From contig NW_026515636.1 in assembly GCF_000738915.1 (NCBI RefSeq), positions 645,175-709,174 of the forward strand: a DNA stretch of 64,000 nucleotides, given 5' to 3'. Every line of letters begins with the position of its first letter. Within the stretch, counting starts at the first letter, position 1. Source of the DNA: Nematocida ausubeli (lineage: Eukaryota). Shown piece by piece: positions 31,691-40,638 of the stretch. The translations under genes and the position numbers were made by a program. The notes beneath the pieces were generated by a model. That model saw nothing but the letters and a program-made list of their open reading frames with translations, had not been told where the DNA came from and searched no databases.

Positions 31691-34321
31691 ATGTCAGCAA
31701 CCTGCACACGTGCACTCTATGTCTCCAGGGACTTATTTGAGATAAAGAATAAAGACAATTTGAAAACAGTTCTGACAAGGGGAACAGATGAGAATAAAAT
31801 AAGTGTCTTATGGCAGATAATTAAGGAGACAGCCATGGGCATAAACCATGAGAATCTGCTCCTGGCTCTAACCATGGCAATTCCAAACACAAAAAACAAA
31901 AGGTTAATTACGATGTTCTATCTGTACTTGGAAAGTGTGAAGATTGAGGATGCAGATGGAAATATAAGGGATGAGATACTGATGATATGCAATATGATAC
32001 GGGGTCATTTGGCTCACCCGAATGAGCATGTCAGGGCCCGGGCAATCCGGACAGTTGGGAAGTTCAGGAGTGCTGCTATTTTTGACGTCCTGAAGAGTCC
32101 TTTCATTGAGAACATAAGCTACTCTAATCCAATTGTAAGGAGTGCTGTGTATGTGGCACTAAGGGGACTTCTGGAGAGTAAGGAACTGTCTGGGATATTT
32201 GCAGATGCAGTTCCCTTGTTGATTGAGCAGGTTCTGAAGGAAAGAGACTCAGTTTGTCTCTCAGAGGGATACAAAACCATAGAAAGCATTGATGCAGAGG
32301 CAGCACACAGCATATACAAGAAGCTTAAAGAGACAGCACATGAAGGCCTGCAGGAATGCTTCCTGGCAACAGCAGAGAGAGAAGATAATTTGCAGCAGAT
32401 TCATGAGATATTCCAGAGTGCATCCACGCGCCTGATTGAGGTCCAGGCAGCTGTGACTCTTGTTAGAGTGGGAGATGCAGAGATGGTGAAGGAAGGCGTT
32501 GAGAAACTCCTGGATATGTCAAATGAGTACTTGGATGTGGAGTCAAAGAGTAAAATCATTGCTGCATGCCGCAGGGCCCTGAAAAGAGGCCAGTTTACAT
32601 TCGAGAATATGGGCATGAAGATAGTCCGTATGATCACACCTGCAGTGGCTAAGATTAAGATAGAGTTAGCCCGGGATATATTCCAGTTCACTCTTGATGT
32701 CCTGGCAATTGCAGAGGCAAAGGATCTGTTTGCCTTTTTGTACCACGGACTCCTGGACCTCCCAGAGAAAGACCTTAAAGAAGCATCCACAGGACAAGAC
32801 AGAGTCTTCTACATGGAAGCACTTGGTGAGCTGGCTAGAAGGTACAAGATATGCACACCAGAGCTTATAACCTTGGTTACATCAATGCTTTCAGCAGGCA
32901 TCCCTGAACTGGCCCTGGAGGCAGCAAATTTCATTGACTCTCTTGTCTCTGTCACAGGTGCAGAGAAAGAACTCGCTATTTCAGCAGTGATTGGGTCACT
33001 GTCCACAATAAAGTACGGAAAGATCCTTAGAAGAGCATTCTCCTTGATATCTGCACATGCAGATGGAGAGAAAGCACATGCTGCTGTGTGCATGGTCCTG
33101 CAGTCACTTTCCTCAGATGAGGCAGGCCTTCTTCCGCAGCTGAAAGATGCACAGAAGGGAAATCCCTCAAAGATCTTCCCGGGTGTGCCCATAGCCGCCT
33201 TCCTCCTGGACATGGCACAGAAGGCACAGGACCTGCCGCACAGCAAGCAGCAGGAAATGATTGCAGACATTATGGCGGCTGCCCTAAAGACATACGCAAT
33301 AGGCCACAAGACAGAGAGCATTGACGAGTCCTCAAAGGTCGCTCTTCTTCGCCTTGCAAGCCTCCTTGAGAATGGAGGGGGCGTGCTTGCAAAGACAAAA
33401 GTGCAGAAGCAGGCAGGATCTGGGCACTTGCCAGGCAGAGTCTCTGAAGGGAATGTGTCTGGCAGTGCATGTGTACAAGATGTCTATAGCAGGCCTGTGT
33501 TTTCACTGATCTCAGAGCACTCGCCCGTCTGCAAGACAAGCGATGTGCGCAGATTCACGGAGGAAGTCACACCGCTCTCTCTGAGTAAGCTGAAGAACGT
33601 CTTCCAACTGACATCTGCAATTGACCCGCTGTACTGCGAGTGCAAGATAAATACATCTCGCACAGAAATCACCCTGGACATTCTTCTTGTGAACCAAACT
33701 GACATGCTCCTGGAGTCCGTTGAGTTTGACATAGTCTCCAGCCAAAACATTAAAATGGCAAGTGACATCCGCCTGGAGAAGCTTAGGCCGCACATGGTGT
33801 GCACCTTGGAGGCCACTTTGATCATGGAGGAGTCTGATACTGGATACATTGGGGGAGTGATTACTGCAGGAAAAGTCGGAAGAGAGAACTACTTCATGCA
33901 GAATCTGCAGGAGATTCGCTTCAATCTGTCTGATATGCTGGAGAAGAAGAGAATAGACGCAGACGCATTCCGGGAGAGGTGGCCAGCACTTGTCTGGGAG
34001 AATCTGTACAAGATCACTCTGAGCACAGACAGACTGACCCCAGCACACGTAGTTAAAACAGTCACAAAGGCCATTAGAGGAACAGTCATTGAGGCAAAAA
34101 TGCACGAAGGAGGGACACTCCCAGGAGAAAGTTCACCAGATATTCTAGTGCAGAATATATACACAAGAACTGCACAGGGTACAGGAATATACCTTAATGC
34201 AGCAGTCACCTCAGCAGACGAGAAAATAACTGCCACCTTTAGAATAAGAGGCAGCAATGCACGCGTGGTGAAGTCTCTTTGCCAGTTGGTCTCTAAGGAA
34301 GTAAAAGCCCTTGCGGAGTAG
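31691..34321 (+). CDS. SEC26: Coatomer subunit beta (beta-COP)
   Basis: EILMICNMIR..L.HPNEHVR, QLT...DPLY.E, ITLDILLVNQT..L, F...W..L.WEN, FRIR. ATG at 31691. Confidence 0.93.
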   Translation: MSATCTRALYVSRDLFEIKNKDNLKTVLTRGTDENKISVLWQIIKETAMGINHENLLLALTMAIPNTKNKRLITMFYLYLESVKIEDADGNIRDEILMICNMIRGHLAHPNEHVRARAIRTVGKFRSAAIFDVLKSPFIENISYSNPIVRSAVYVALRGLLESKELSGIFADAVPLLIEQVLKERDSVCLSEGYKTIESIDAEAAHSIYKKLKETAHEGLQECFLATAEREDNLQQIHEIFQSASTRLIEVQAAVTLVRVGDAEMVKEGVEKLLDMSNEYLDVESKSKIIAACRRALKRGQFTFENMGMKIVRMITPAVAKIKIELARDIFQFTLDVLAIAEAKDLFAFLYHGLLDLPEKDLKEASTGQDRVFYMEALGELARRYKICTPELITLVTSMLSAGIPELALEAANFIDSLVSVTGAEKELAISAVIGSLSTIKYGKILRRAFSLISAHADGEKAHAAVCMVLQSLSSDEAGLLPQLKDAQKGNPSKIFPGVPIAAFLLDMAQKAQDLPHSKQQEMIADIMAAALKTYAIGHKTESIDESSKVALLRLASLLENGGGVLAKTKVQKQAGSGHLPGRVSEGNVSGSACVQDVYSRPVFSLISEHSPVCKTSDVRRFTEEVTPLSLSKLKNVFQLTSAIDPLYCECKINTSRTEITLDILLVNQTDMLLESVEFDIVSSQNIKMASDIRLEKLRPHMVCTLEATLIMEESDTGYIGGVITAGKVGRENYFMQNLQEIRFNLSDMLEKKRIDADAFRERWPALVWENLYKITLSTDRLTPAHVVKTVTKAIRGTVIEAKMHEGGTLPGESSPDILVQNIYTRTAQGTGIYLNAAVTSADEKITATFRIRGSNARVVKSLCQLVSKEVKALAE

Positions 34322-34416
34322 ACTGCCAGTGCAGACTATTTGTATCTTGATGGAGTATACGGGAGTGCTGAATAAATTAACGTAAATATAATTTTTAAAT
34401 TTTTTACGCCCTTGTA

Positions 34417-35379
34417 ATGACAAGTACAGTCGCATCTTCAAAGCTGAAGCTGAAATTTAATGGGCACACAGAAAGAGTGACAGATTTAAAAATACAGGAG
34501 GAGAATGGAAAGAAGGTTCTATACACAGCCTCAAGAGACAAGAGCATAAAGGGATGGGAATTTGTAGCAGACACAACAGGAGAAGTATTCGCAAAGCTCT
34601 CAAAGGTGTTCAATGGGCACGGTGGATTTGTAAACTCCATCTCTCTGGCAAAATCCGGAAAGTACCTCATCTCAGTGAGCGCAGACAGCACAATCCGATC
34701 ATGGCCTATTTCCAGCGAAGAGACCAAGAAGCACGCAAAGCACAGCGAGAAGGCATACTGCGTACTGGCCCACTCCACTGGAGCAGACGAGTCTGCAGAG
34801 GAGTACATTTTCACAGGAGGAGTGACCCCAGTATTAAACATCTGGAATGCATCCCTTGAGCTGAAGAAGAAGCTGAAGAGAGAGGACGACGAGACTGCCT
34901 CCATCACTGTTATTAAGGCCATCCCAAAGAAGCCAGAGCTAGTGATATGCGCATACACAGATGGAGCTATTGTCATCTGGAACATAGAAACAGGAACAGT
35001 TGAGAGCGCAATGAAGGGACACTCCTGCATCATTGACTCTCTGGTTGTCAGCCCAGATGGCTCTCTGTGCGCCACTGCTGGAAGAGACAAGACTGTCCTT
35101 CTGTGGGATCTCAAGGAAAATGGATCTAACAGATGCGAGATCTCAGTGGGAGACGCAGTTAACTGCCTGGAGTTTGCACTCTCTGCATACTGGCTGGCTG
35201 CAGGAACTGAAACATCAATTATAATATGGGACATTCTCGCACGGGATGTGGTAGTTGAAATTCCACACCCAGAGGACTGTAAAGGATCATGCACTGCAAT
35301 TGCATGGCTCGATGGTTTCACTTTGGTGGCTGGATACTCAGACGGATCAGTCAGAAAGTACACTATTGCTATTGAATAG
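34417..35379 (+). CDS. RACK1: RACK1/Asc1 WD40 40S ribosomal protein
   Basis: TASRDKS, GH.GFV, VSPDGSLCATAGRD..V.LWDL, YWLAAGT...I.IWD, CTAIAW.DG.TL.AGYSDG. Confidence 0.92.
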   Translation: MTSTVASSKLKLKFNGHTERVTDLKIQEENGKKVLYTASRDKSIKGWEFVADTTGEVFAKLSKVFNGHGGFVNSISLAKSGKYLISVSADSTIRSWPISSEETKKHAKHSEKAYCVLAHSTGADESAEEYIFTGGVTPVLNIWNASLELKKKLKREDDETASITVIKAIPKKPELVICAYTDGAIVIWNIETGTVESAMKGHSCIIDSLVVSPDGSLCATAGRDKTVLLWDLKENGSNRCEISVGDAVNCLEFALSAYWLAAGTETSIIIWDILARDVVVEIPHPEDCKGSCTAIAWLDGFTLVAGYSDGSVRKYTIAIE

Positions 35380-35622
35380 TAAGTTGGTTAAGCAGCAGAT
35401 GAATAAATGGGATTCATAGGTTTATCTTTTACAGCATCTTCAGGCGCACTGCAGCCAGTCTTCAAATAAATCTGGATATTTATAGCTGCAGAATATCCCA
35501 AGACCAGGTATATCTACAGTGCACCAGGCCACATGGATACTTCCATGGGAAATTAGTCTTAGTCTGCACTGTTGTACTGTCTTGGTATATTGCGTATTTA
35601 ATTATCTTTCTTTTTTTGCTGC

Positions 35623-36543
35623 ATGTTTGCGTGTTTTCTTAAGTGCGCTTTGAGAGCCGTAATGTGCATTGTGGGAGGACGTCTTCTGTGGAGTGTGGCT
35701 GCAGAATTATCTGGAAGCTTCATGAGAAGACTGCACAATAGGTCTTTGCTTAAGGTACTTTCTGGGAAGTGGGCCATCATCACAGGGTGCACTGATGGAA
35801 TTGGCTTGGGAATAGCCAGAGAACTGGCTAACAACGGGATTAATCTGATCCTAATCAGCAGATCACAAGATAAACTGAATGCTGTGATGGAGGAGCTCTC
35901 TAAGAAGGTGAAAACAGAAAGTGTCAAACTCGATTTTGAGCAGGAAATTGACTTTGCAAAATCACTCTCTCAAGTAAAGGCACATACCCCGCATATTCTC
36001 ATAAATAACGTGGGAGTGAATGAATCTGGACCTACTTCCTTTGTAGAGCACACAGAAGAAAGCATTAGAAGAATTCTCCAGGTCAATGTCACGAACACAT
36101 TAAAACTTACGCAGGAGTACATCTCATGGGATAAAGCACCAAGCGAAAAAAAGTACATTCTTTCAACTGGCTCAATGCTAGGACTAATCCCAAGCCCATT
36201 CCAGCAAGTATACGCAGGAACAAAGGCCTTTTTACAGCTGTGGTCTGAGTCCATATCAACTGAGCTGCCTGGGTACCACACTGAAGTCTTTATGACAGGC
36301 CTTGTGTGCTCAAAGCTCTCAGGAGCAAAAAAGCCTAGTGTTTTTGTTCCTGCAGCAGACACTTACGGCAGGTGCTGTGTGCAGTCATTTGGGACATGCA
36401 CTGTAACATATCCTTATTTCCCACATGCCCTTCTTAATATACTCGTGAATATGCTTCCTCGGCAGGCAGTGTGCTTTGCCATGGACAGATTTGGAAGGCA
36501 CATACGAAAGATCAAGCAAAAGGCAGCAAAGAAGAAAGTATAA
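35623..36543 (+). CDS. Very-long-chain 3-ketoacyl-CoA reductase / 17-beta-HSD-type SDR
   Basis: GKWAIITGCTDGIG, LISRSQDKL, ILINNVG, YAGTKAF (YxxxK), C-terminal KKxx ER-retrieval signal. Confidence 0.9.
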   Translation: MFACFLKCALRAVMCIVGGRLLWSVAAELSGSFMRRLHNRSLLKVLSGKWAIITGCTDGIGLGIARELANNGINLILISRSQDKLNAVMEELSKKVKTESVKLDFEQEIDFAKSLSQVKAHTPHILINNVGVNESGPTSFVEHTEESIRRILQVNVTNTLKLTQEYISWDKAPSEKKYILSTGSMLGLIPSPFQQVYAGTKAFLQLWSESISTELPGYHTEVFMTGLVCSKLSGAKKPSVFVPAADTYGRCCVQSFGTCTVTYPYFPHALLNILVNMLPRQAVCFAMDRFGRHIRKIKQKAAKKKV

Positions 36544-37371
36544 AGAATAATCTATACAAATAAACTATTTTCATGTGAGTTCATACTGCAGACTTATTGT
36601 CTATACTGCAGTCACATAGTGACTTGTATCTCTGTAATTTAGGATATTTTGACTACACCAGAATATGTGCTTATGTGTAGGTTCTTCTCTTCTTATGTGT
36701 CTTGGTCTATTCTAGCCGTATAGTGTGCATCTTAATAATTGGTGAGTAATTGGCTAATATTTAGTCTGGCATAGCATAGTATCGATACCGAGTCTGCATT
36801 ATGACAGATTTATGTTTAAATAATTTCTCTTCACTAAAAGATAAACTGTAATAAATTGGGAATAAAAATGAAGAAGATTTATTTTTTCTTGGATTATTTG
36901 GGGTATGGTAAATAAAACACATATTCTTTTAATTGTGAATTTCATTGGTTTAGATCATGCTTACAGTAAGCCCTTTTGTCTATTTTTGCTACATCAGGAT
37001 ATTTTAAAGAATCATTAGATCTATTATATACATATACTGGAAATACAACAAATGGAAATTTTAAGTGACTAAAATAAGTATATTAGACAATATAACTTAT
37101 GACATATAGGTATTACAGCACAGAAATCAACTCTCTAGCAGCACACATCATAGCACGGTTATTTATAGATTTTTTAAATGTATTTCTAGTTGATTGATTT
37201 TCGCAATATCTATTCATAGTGATTTCGAATATATTATTCAGATTCTGCGAATATAACCAGAGATTATTAATTTTCTGTCTTGTATGCGATATTATGACTA
37301 TTTTTGTGGGTAGTTGATTCTTCAGTATGCACAGTTGGGAGTATTAATTTTCTTTCTCTTTTAAAATTAAA

Positions 37372-38742
37372 ATGTCAAAGTTCTTCGCCGGACTGGAGGA
37401 TGCCCCACAAAAGAAAGTAAATTCAGCAATGGCTGCACAAATGAACTTTTCTGAAGAAAGCGACGATGACAAGCCAGTTATCTCAAATAAAGAAAAGAAA
37501 GATGAAGAAATATTAAAGATATGCGAAGAAACAACCTTTAAGAAGCCAAAGGACATAGACCAGTTCTTTAAGAAACTGACAAAGTACACAGCACACTTCA
37601 CAAAGCAAGGACTTCCTACTGTGCTAGTAGAGTTTTTGATCGAGGTAGAGAAGAATAAGTCAACACCAGCAATTTTCAAGTCAAAAAAGGCCAAGTTCTT
37701 AGAGAAATACAATGAAGTAGAGGTTATTCTGAGTACAGTTGAAGAGAAGAAAAAGAAAAGAAATTATCTTGAGGAAATAAGCAAAACATATCTCATTGAT
37801 AACCTAAATAAGAGAAAAGAGGCACTTTTAGAGATAGAAAAGATACCAGATCTATCAGAAGTAGAGATGCACAGAATCAATTTGTATCTGATAAGCTGCA
37901 TGATGGAAGAGAGTATGGAGGAGAACTATGCAGAAATAATGAGCAGGTTTAAAAATGAGAAGGATTTCATGCAGGCAGATGAAGAAAAGGAGCTTCTGAA
38001 AACAAGAGTAGGAAAGTACATGCAGAGATTACTAAAGTACATTCAAGAAGAAGATGCCCGCAGGCTTAACTGGGAGAGTACATATAATGATATGGTAGAA
38101 ATATCAGAAGGACTAAGAAGCATAACAACCACCCCCATGGAGAGCATCCTTGAAATAGATTATTTCCTGAGGTGTGATGTGAATACTTCTAGGCCACATC
38201 TTTCTGATGAATTTAGAAGCAAGCCCATTACAGAGCATGAGATCAGTATCTTTAAGGCTGTTGAAGAGATGCGAGAATTGCCATTGGTGCAGGCAATTGC
38301 ACTATACAGAAAACTTGCAGAAGACTTAAAGAGTGAAAATACGTGTCTTCTTAAATGCGCAGAGGAACTGGGTCACAGGGCATTCATGGAGAAAGATTTC
38401 CCAAATGCAATGGATCTCCTTGAGCATGCATACAATAACAAGACCCTTTGGAGCAGCGAGAAAACAGAAACAATGCTTTCTGTGCTCTGCCTGTGCTTTG
38501 AGGACAAGATGCGGGATAGAGAGTTCTTTACTGTTTTCAAGAAGAATCTTCTGGTAGTTGGAGACAACCTGCTTCTTCTTAGGTCAGTAAGCGTAAAGAT
38601 GGAAGTAGCAAGGGCATTTATCCTTTTGCGCCTAGGCAAGCACCAGGAGGCGCACAAAATTATTGCAGAATTGCTTCCTGGATTCCAGTGTGAATCTCTT
38701 TTGCGCGCACGTGCAATAGAACTACTACTCACTCCACAATAA
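37372..38742 (+). CDS. Probable eIF3 subunit c (NIP1), strongly reduced
   Basis: N-terminus MSKFFAG + acidic SEESDDD + SNKEKK matches the eIF3c start MSRFF...SDSE...SAKDKR. The rest is helical and divergent. Confidence 0.6.
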   Translation: MSKFFAGLEDAPQKKVNSAMAAQMNFSEESDDDKPVISNKEKKDEEILKICEETTFKKPKDIDQFFKKLTKYTAHFTKQGLPTVLVEFLIEVEKNKSTPAIFKSKKAKFLEKYNEVEVILSTVEEKKKKRNYLEEISKTYLIDNLNKRKEALLEIEKIPDLSEVEMHRINLYLISCMMEESMEENYAEIMSRFKNEKDFMQADEEKELLKTRVGKYMQRLLKYIQEEDARRLNWESTYNDMVEISEGLRSITTTPMESILEIDYFLRCDVNTSRPHLSDEFRSKPITEHEISIFKAVEEMRELPLVQAIALYRKLAEDLKSENTCLLKCAEELGHRAFMEKDFPNAMDLLEHAYNNKTLWSSEKTETMLSVLCLCFEDKMRDREFFTVFKKNLLVVGDNLLLLRSVSVKMEVARAFILLRLGKHQEAHKIIAELLPGFQCESLLRARAIELLLTPQ

Positions 38743-39336
38743 ATAAAGGATTATGCGTACTTTTAGTGCCTTGCAGTACATGCATTCTTCCATGCAAAGT
38801 GTTTAACTTTATCGATAAAGATCTACTAAACAGACAGTGCAAATTCACATCGAAAATTCCTTTGACTGCAGGTAAACAAAAGGTTCTTGCAGTAGGACAG
38901 ATTATTCAATGAATTTCTGGATACTACAGCAGAAGCAGCTGTTTTGCAAGTAAAATTCTTAATGAAAAATAAATGAGTTTCTGGATGAAGTAGCAGTGAC
39001 TAAGTTGCATCTCATAATAGTACAAACAGTGCACTTTATAAGTTGCAAATAAATGGGAAATTATTCTGATTCTTTTTAACGGAATAAATGCTTTCAAATA
39101 TACTATAGACTAACCTCAATATTCTTATTTTTCATGCAAGGCATAGTCTGAATTTATAGTAATTCTGTAATATGCACTGTAAAACTCCTTCTCTTTGGAT
39201 TTTGTCTATAGACCAAGATACTTCTGTTATTTTCTGCATGAATTCTTTGTTCTTTGTGAGTGGGTGCAATTGGCACTTGTGCAAGTGCTTCAGTGTATCT
39301 CTGATTACTTTAAATGCTGCAAATTATTTTTGTTAT

Positions 39337-39840
39337 ATGTTTACTTTTATAGCAATTGGTCTGCTCATTCCGCTGTGTGTTGCCTTCTATATTAGAAGAA
39401 CAAGGAAGGAGATGAAGATTGAGATGCTGTCGTATGACAACAAATATTTGAAGGAGTATTTGGACCTGCCTAGTGAGAGCACACAGCTTGATCAGTACAA
39501 AGTCTTAGCAAAGGCCAGCATATATCTAATAGAGAAGGAAAGCGAGATTGAAGACGAGTCTAAAATGATCTACTCACTCTTCTACTCGCGTATGATAAGC
39601 AGCACTCTATGGAACCATCTGAAGAAAATCAAGGAGGAGCTAAATCTGGATAAAATCACAGTAGAAGCAGAACTAGGGCGATTTTCAAAGATTGACAAGA
39701 GCAGTGCGGATATTATCACAGCAGAGAAATACAAAAAGTCAGTTGTAGATGCCCCATGCAAGGAAAAAATGACAGGATATATCTCAGAGTCAGCTAGGGA
39801 TAAGTTGTACTTAAGGCTCAAGGAAAAAGAGTCTCTTTAA
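39337..39840 (+). CDS. Sec66 (Sec71)-like post-translational translocon subunit
   Basis: N-terminal TM followed by RR; YLDL; KVL.KA...I.K...IE.E...IY.L....IS..LW..L...KEEL..D...V.AE follows the Sec66 pattern. ATG at 39337. Confidence 0.6.
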   Translation: MFTFIAIGLLIPLCVAFYIRRTRKEMKIEMLSYDNKYLKEYLDLPSESTQLDQYKVLAKASIYLIEKESEIEDESKMIYSLFYSRMISSTLWNHLKKIKEELNLDKITVEAELGRFSKIDKSSADIITAEKYKKSVVDAPCKEKMTGYISESARDKLYLRLKEKESL

Positions 39841-40034
39841 ATAAACCTAAATGATACTAATAATGTGCTTACTAAATGAAATATTCAGGTTATTCAGGTT
39901 ATACTAGGTAGCATATCACTTATGACTAAGTTTTCTCTTTACTCTGTGGGATCCAGAGTGTTTTTGCAAATTGTGTATTTTCTATTGCACTAAAGACAAC
40001 TAAGAGTTAATTTCTAGCAGAAAGACACAAAATG

Positions 40035-40419
40035 TAACCAGATATAACCCGAATAACCAGAATAACTTAAATAAAGAGACTAAGCTTGAATATATTCTAC
40101 TTGGGTTAATTTGGGTTAGTTCTGGTTAGTTCTGGTTCAAACATATTAAAGCAATAAACTCCTACTCCTGTCAGTCGGATGTCAACTTTAAGGATTTTTC
40201 GAGAATTGGGGGCCTTCTTCGTATATGTCTACGTCCCAAGTTAGTCAGTGGGCAAATACGGTTCAGGCGGTATTAAATTTAGAATTGTCTCAATATTCAA
40301 ACTAAGTGCTTTCACTGTTATATTTTAAGAGCTAGTCTATTGTCTGAAGAATAATTTGAATTTCCAACTGTGAGTGTTATATCTGGTTCGTGTTATATCT
40401 GGTTATATCTGGTTATATC
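40035..40419. repeat. Cluster of degenerate telomere-like arrays around a family C-related fragment
   Basis: C-strand array 40035-40066, G-strand arrays 40101-40137 and 40376-40419. 40136-40168 (ttcaaacatattaaagcaataaactcctactcc) equals the end of family C. Confidence 0.8.
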
Positions 40420-40638
40420 ACAGGGATATTGATTATTTATGGCGTACATACTATTATATACGGGCTCTTATGCACTTGTCTACATAAATGCATTTTGGTT
40501 ATAGAAATATCTTGTGTATCTTTGAACTATTTTGTTCATGTGCACTAATTATGTGCCCTGCTGTATATTGGCATCCTAAGTTTAGAAGATTTCCAGTGCT
40601 TTGTCCTTCTATAAATATTTTCTCTTTTCTGTTTTTGC

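Noticed and set aside
34404..35363. 319-aa antisense ORF covering RACK1
   Set aside because: Shadow of a conserved gene. Ser-rich, no domain; explained by sense-strand codon usage.
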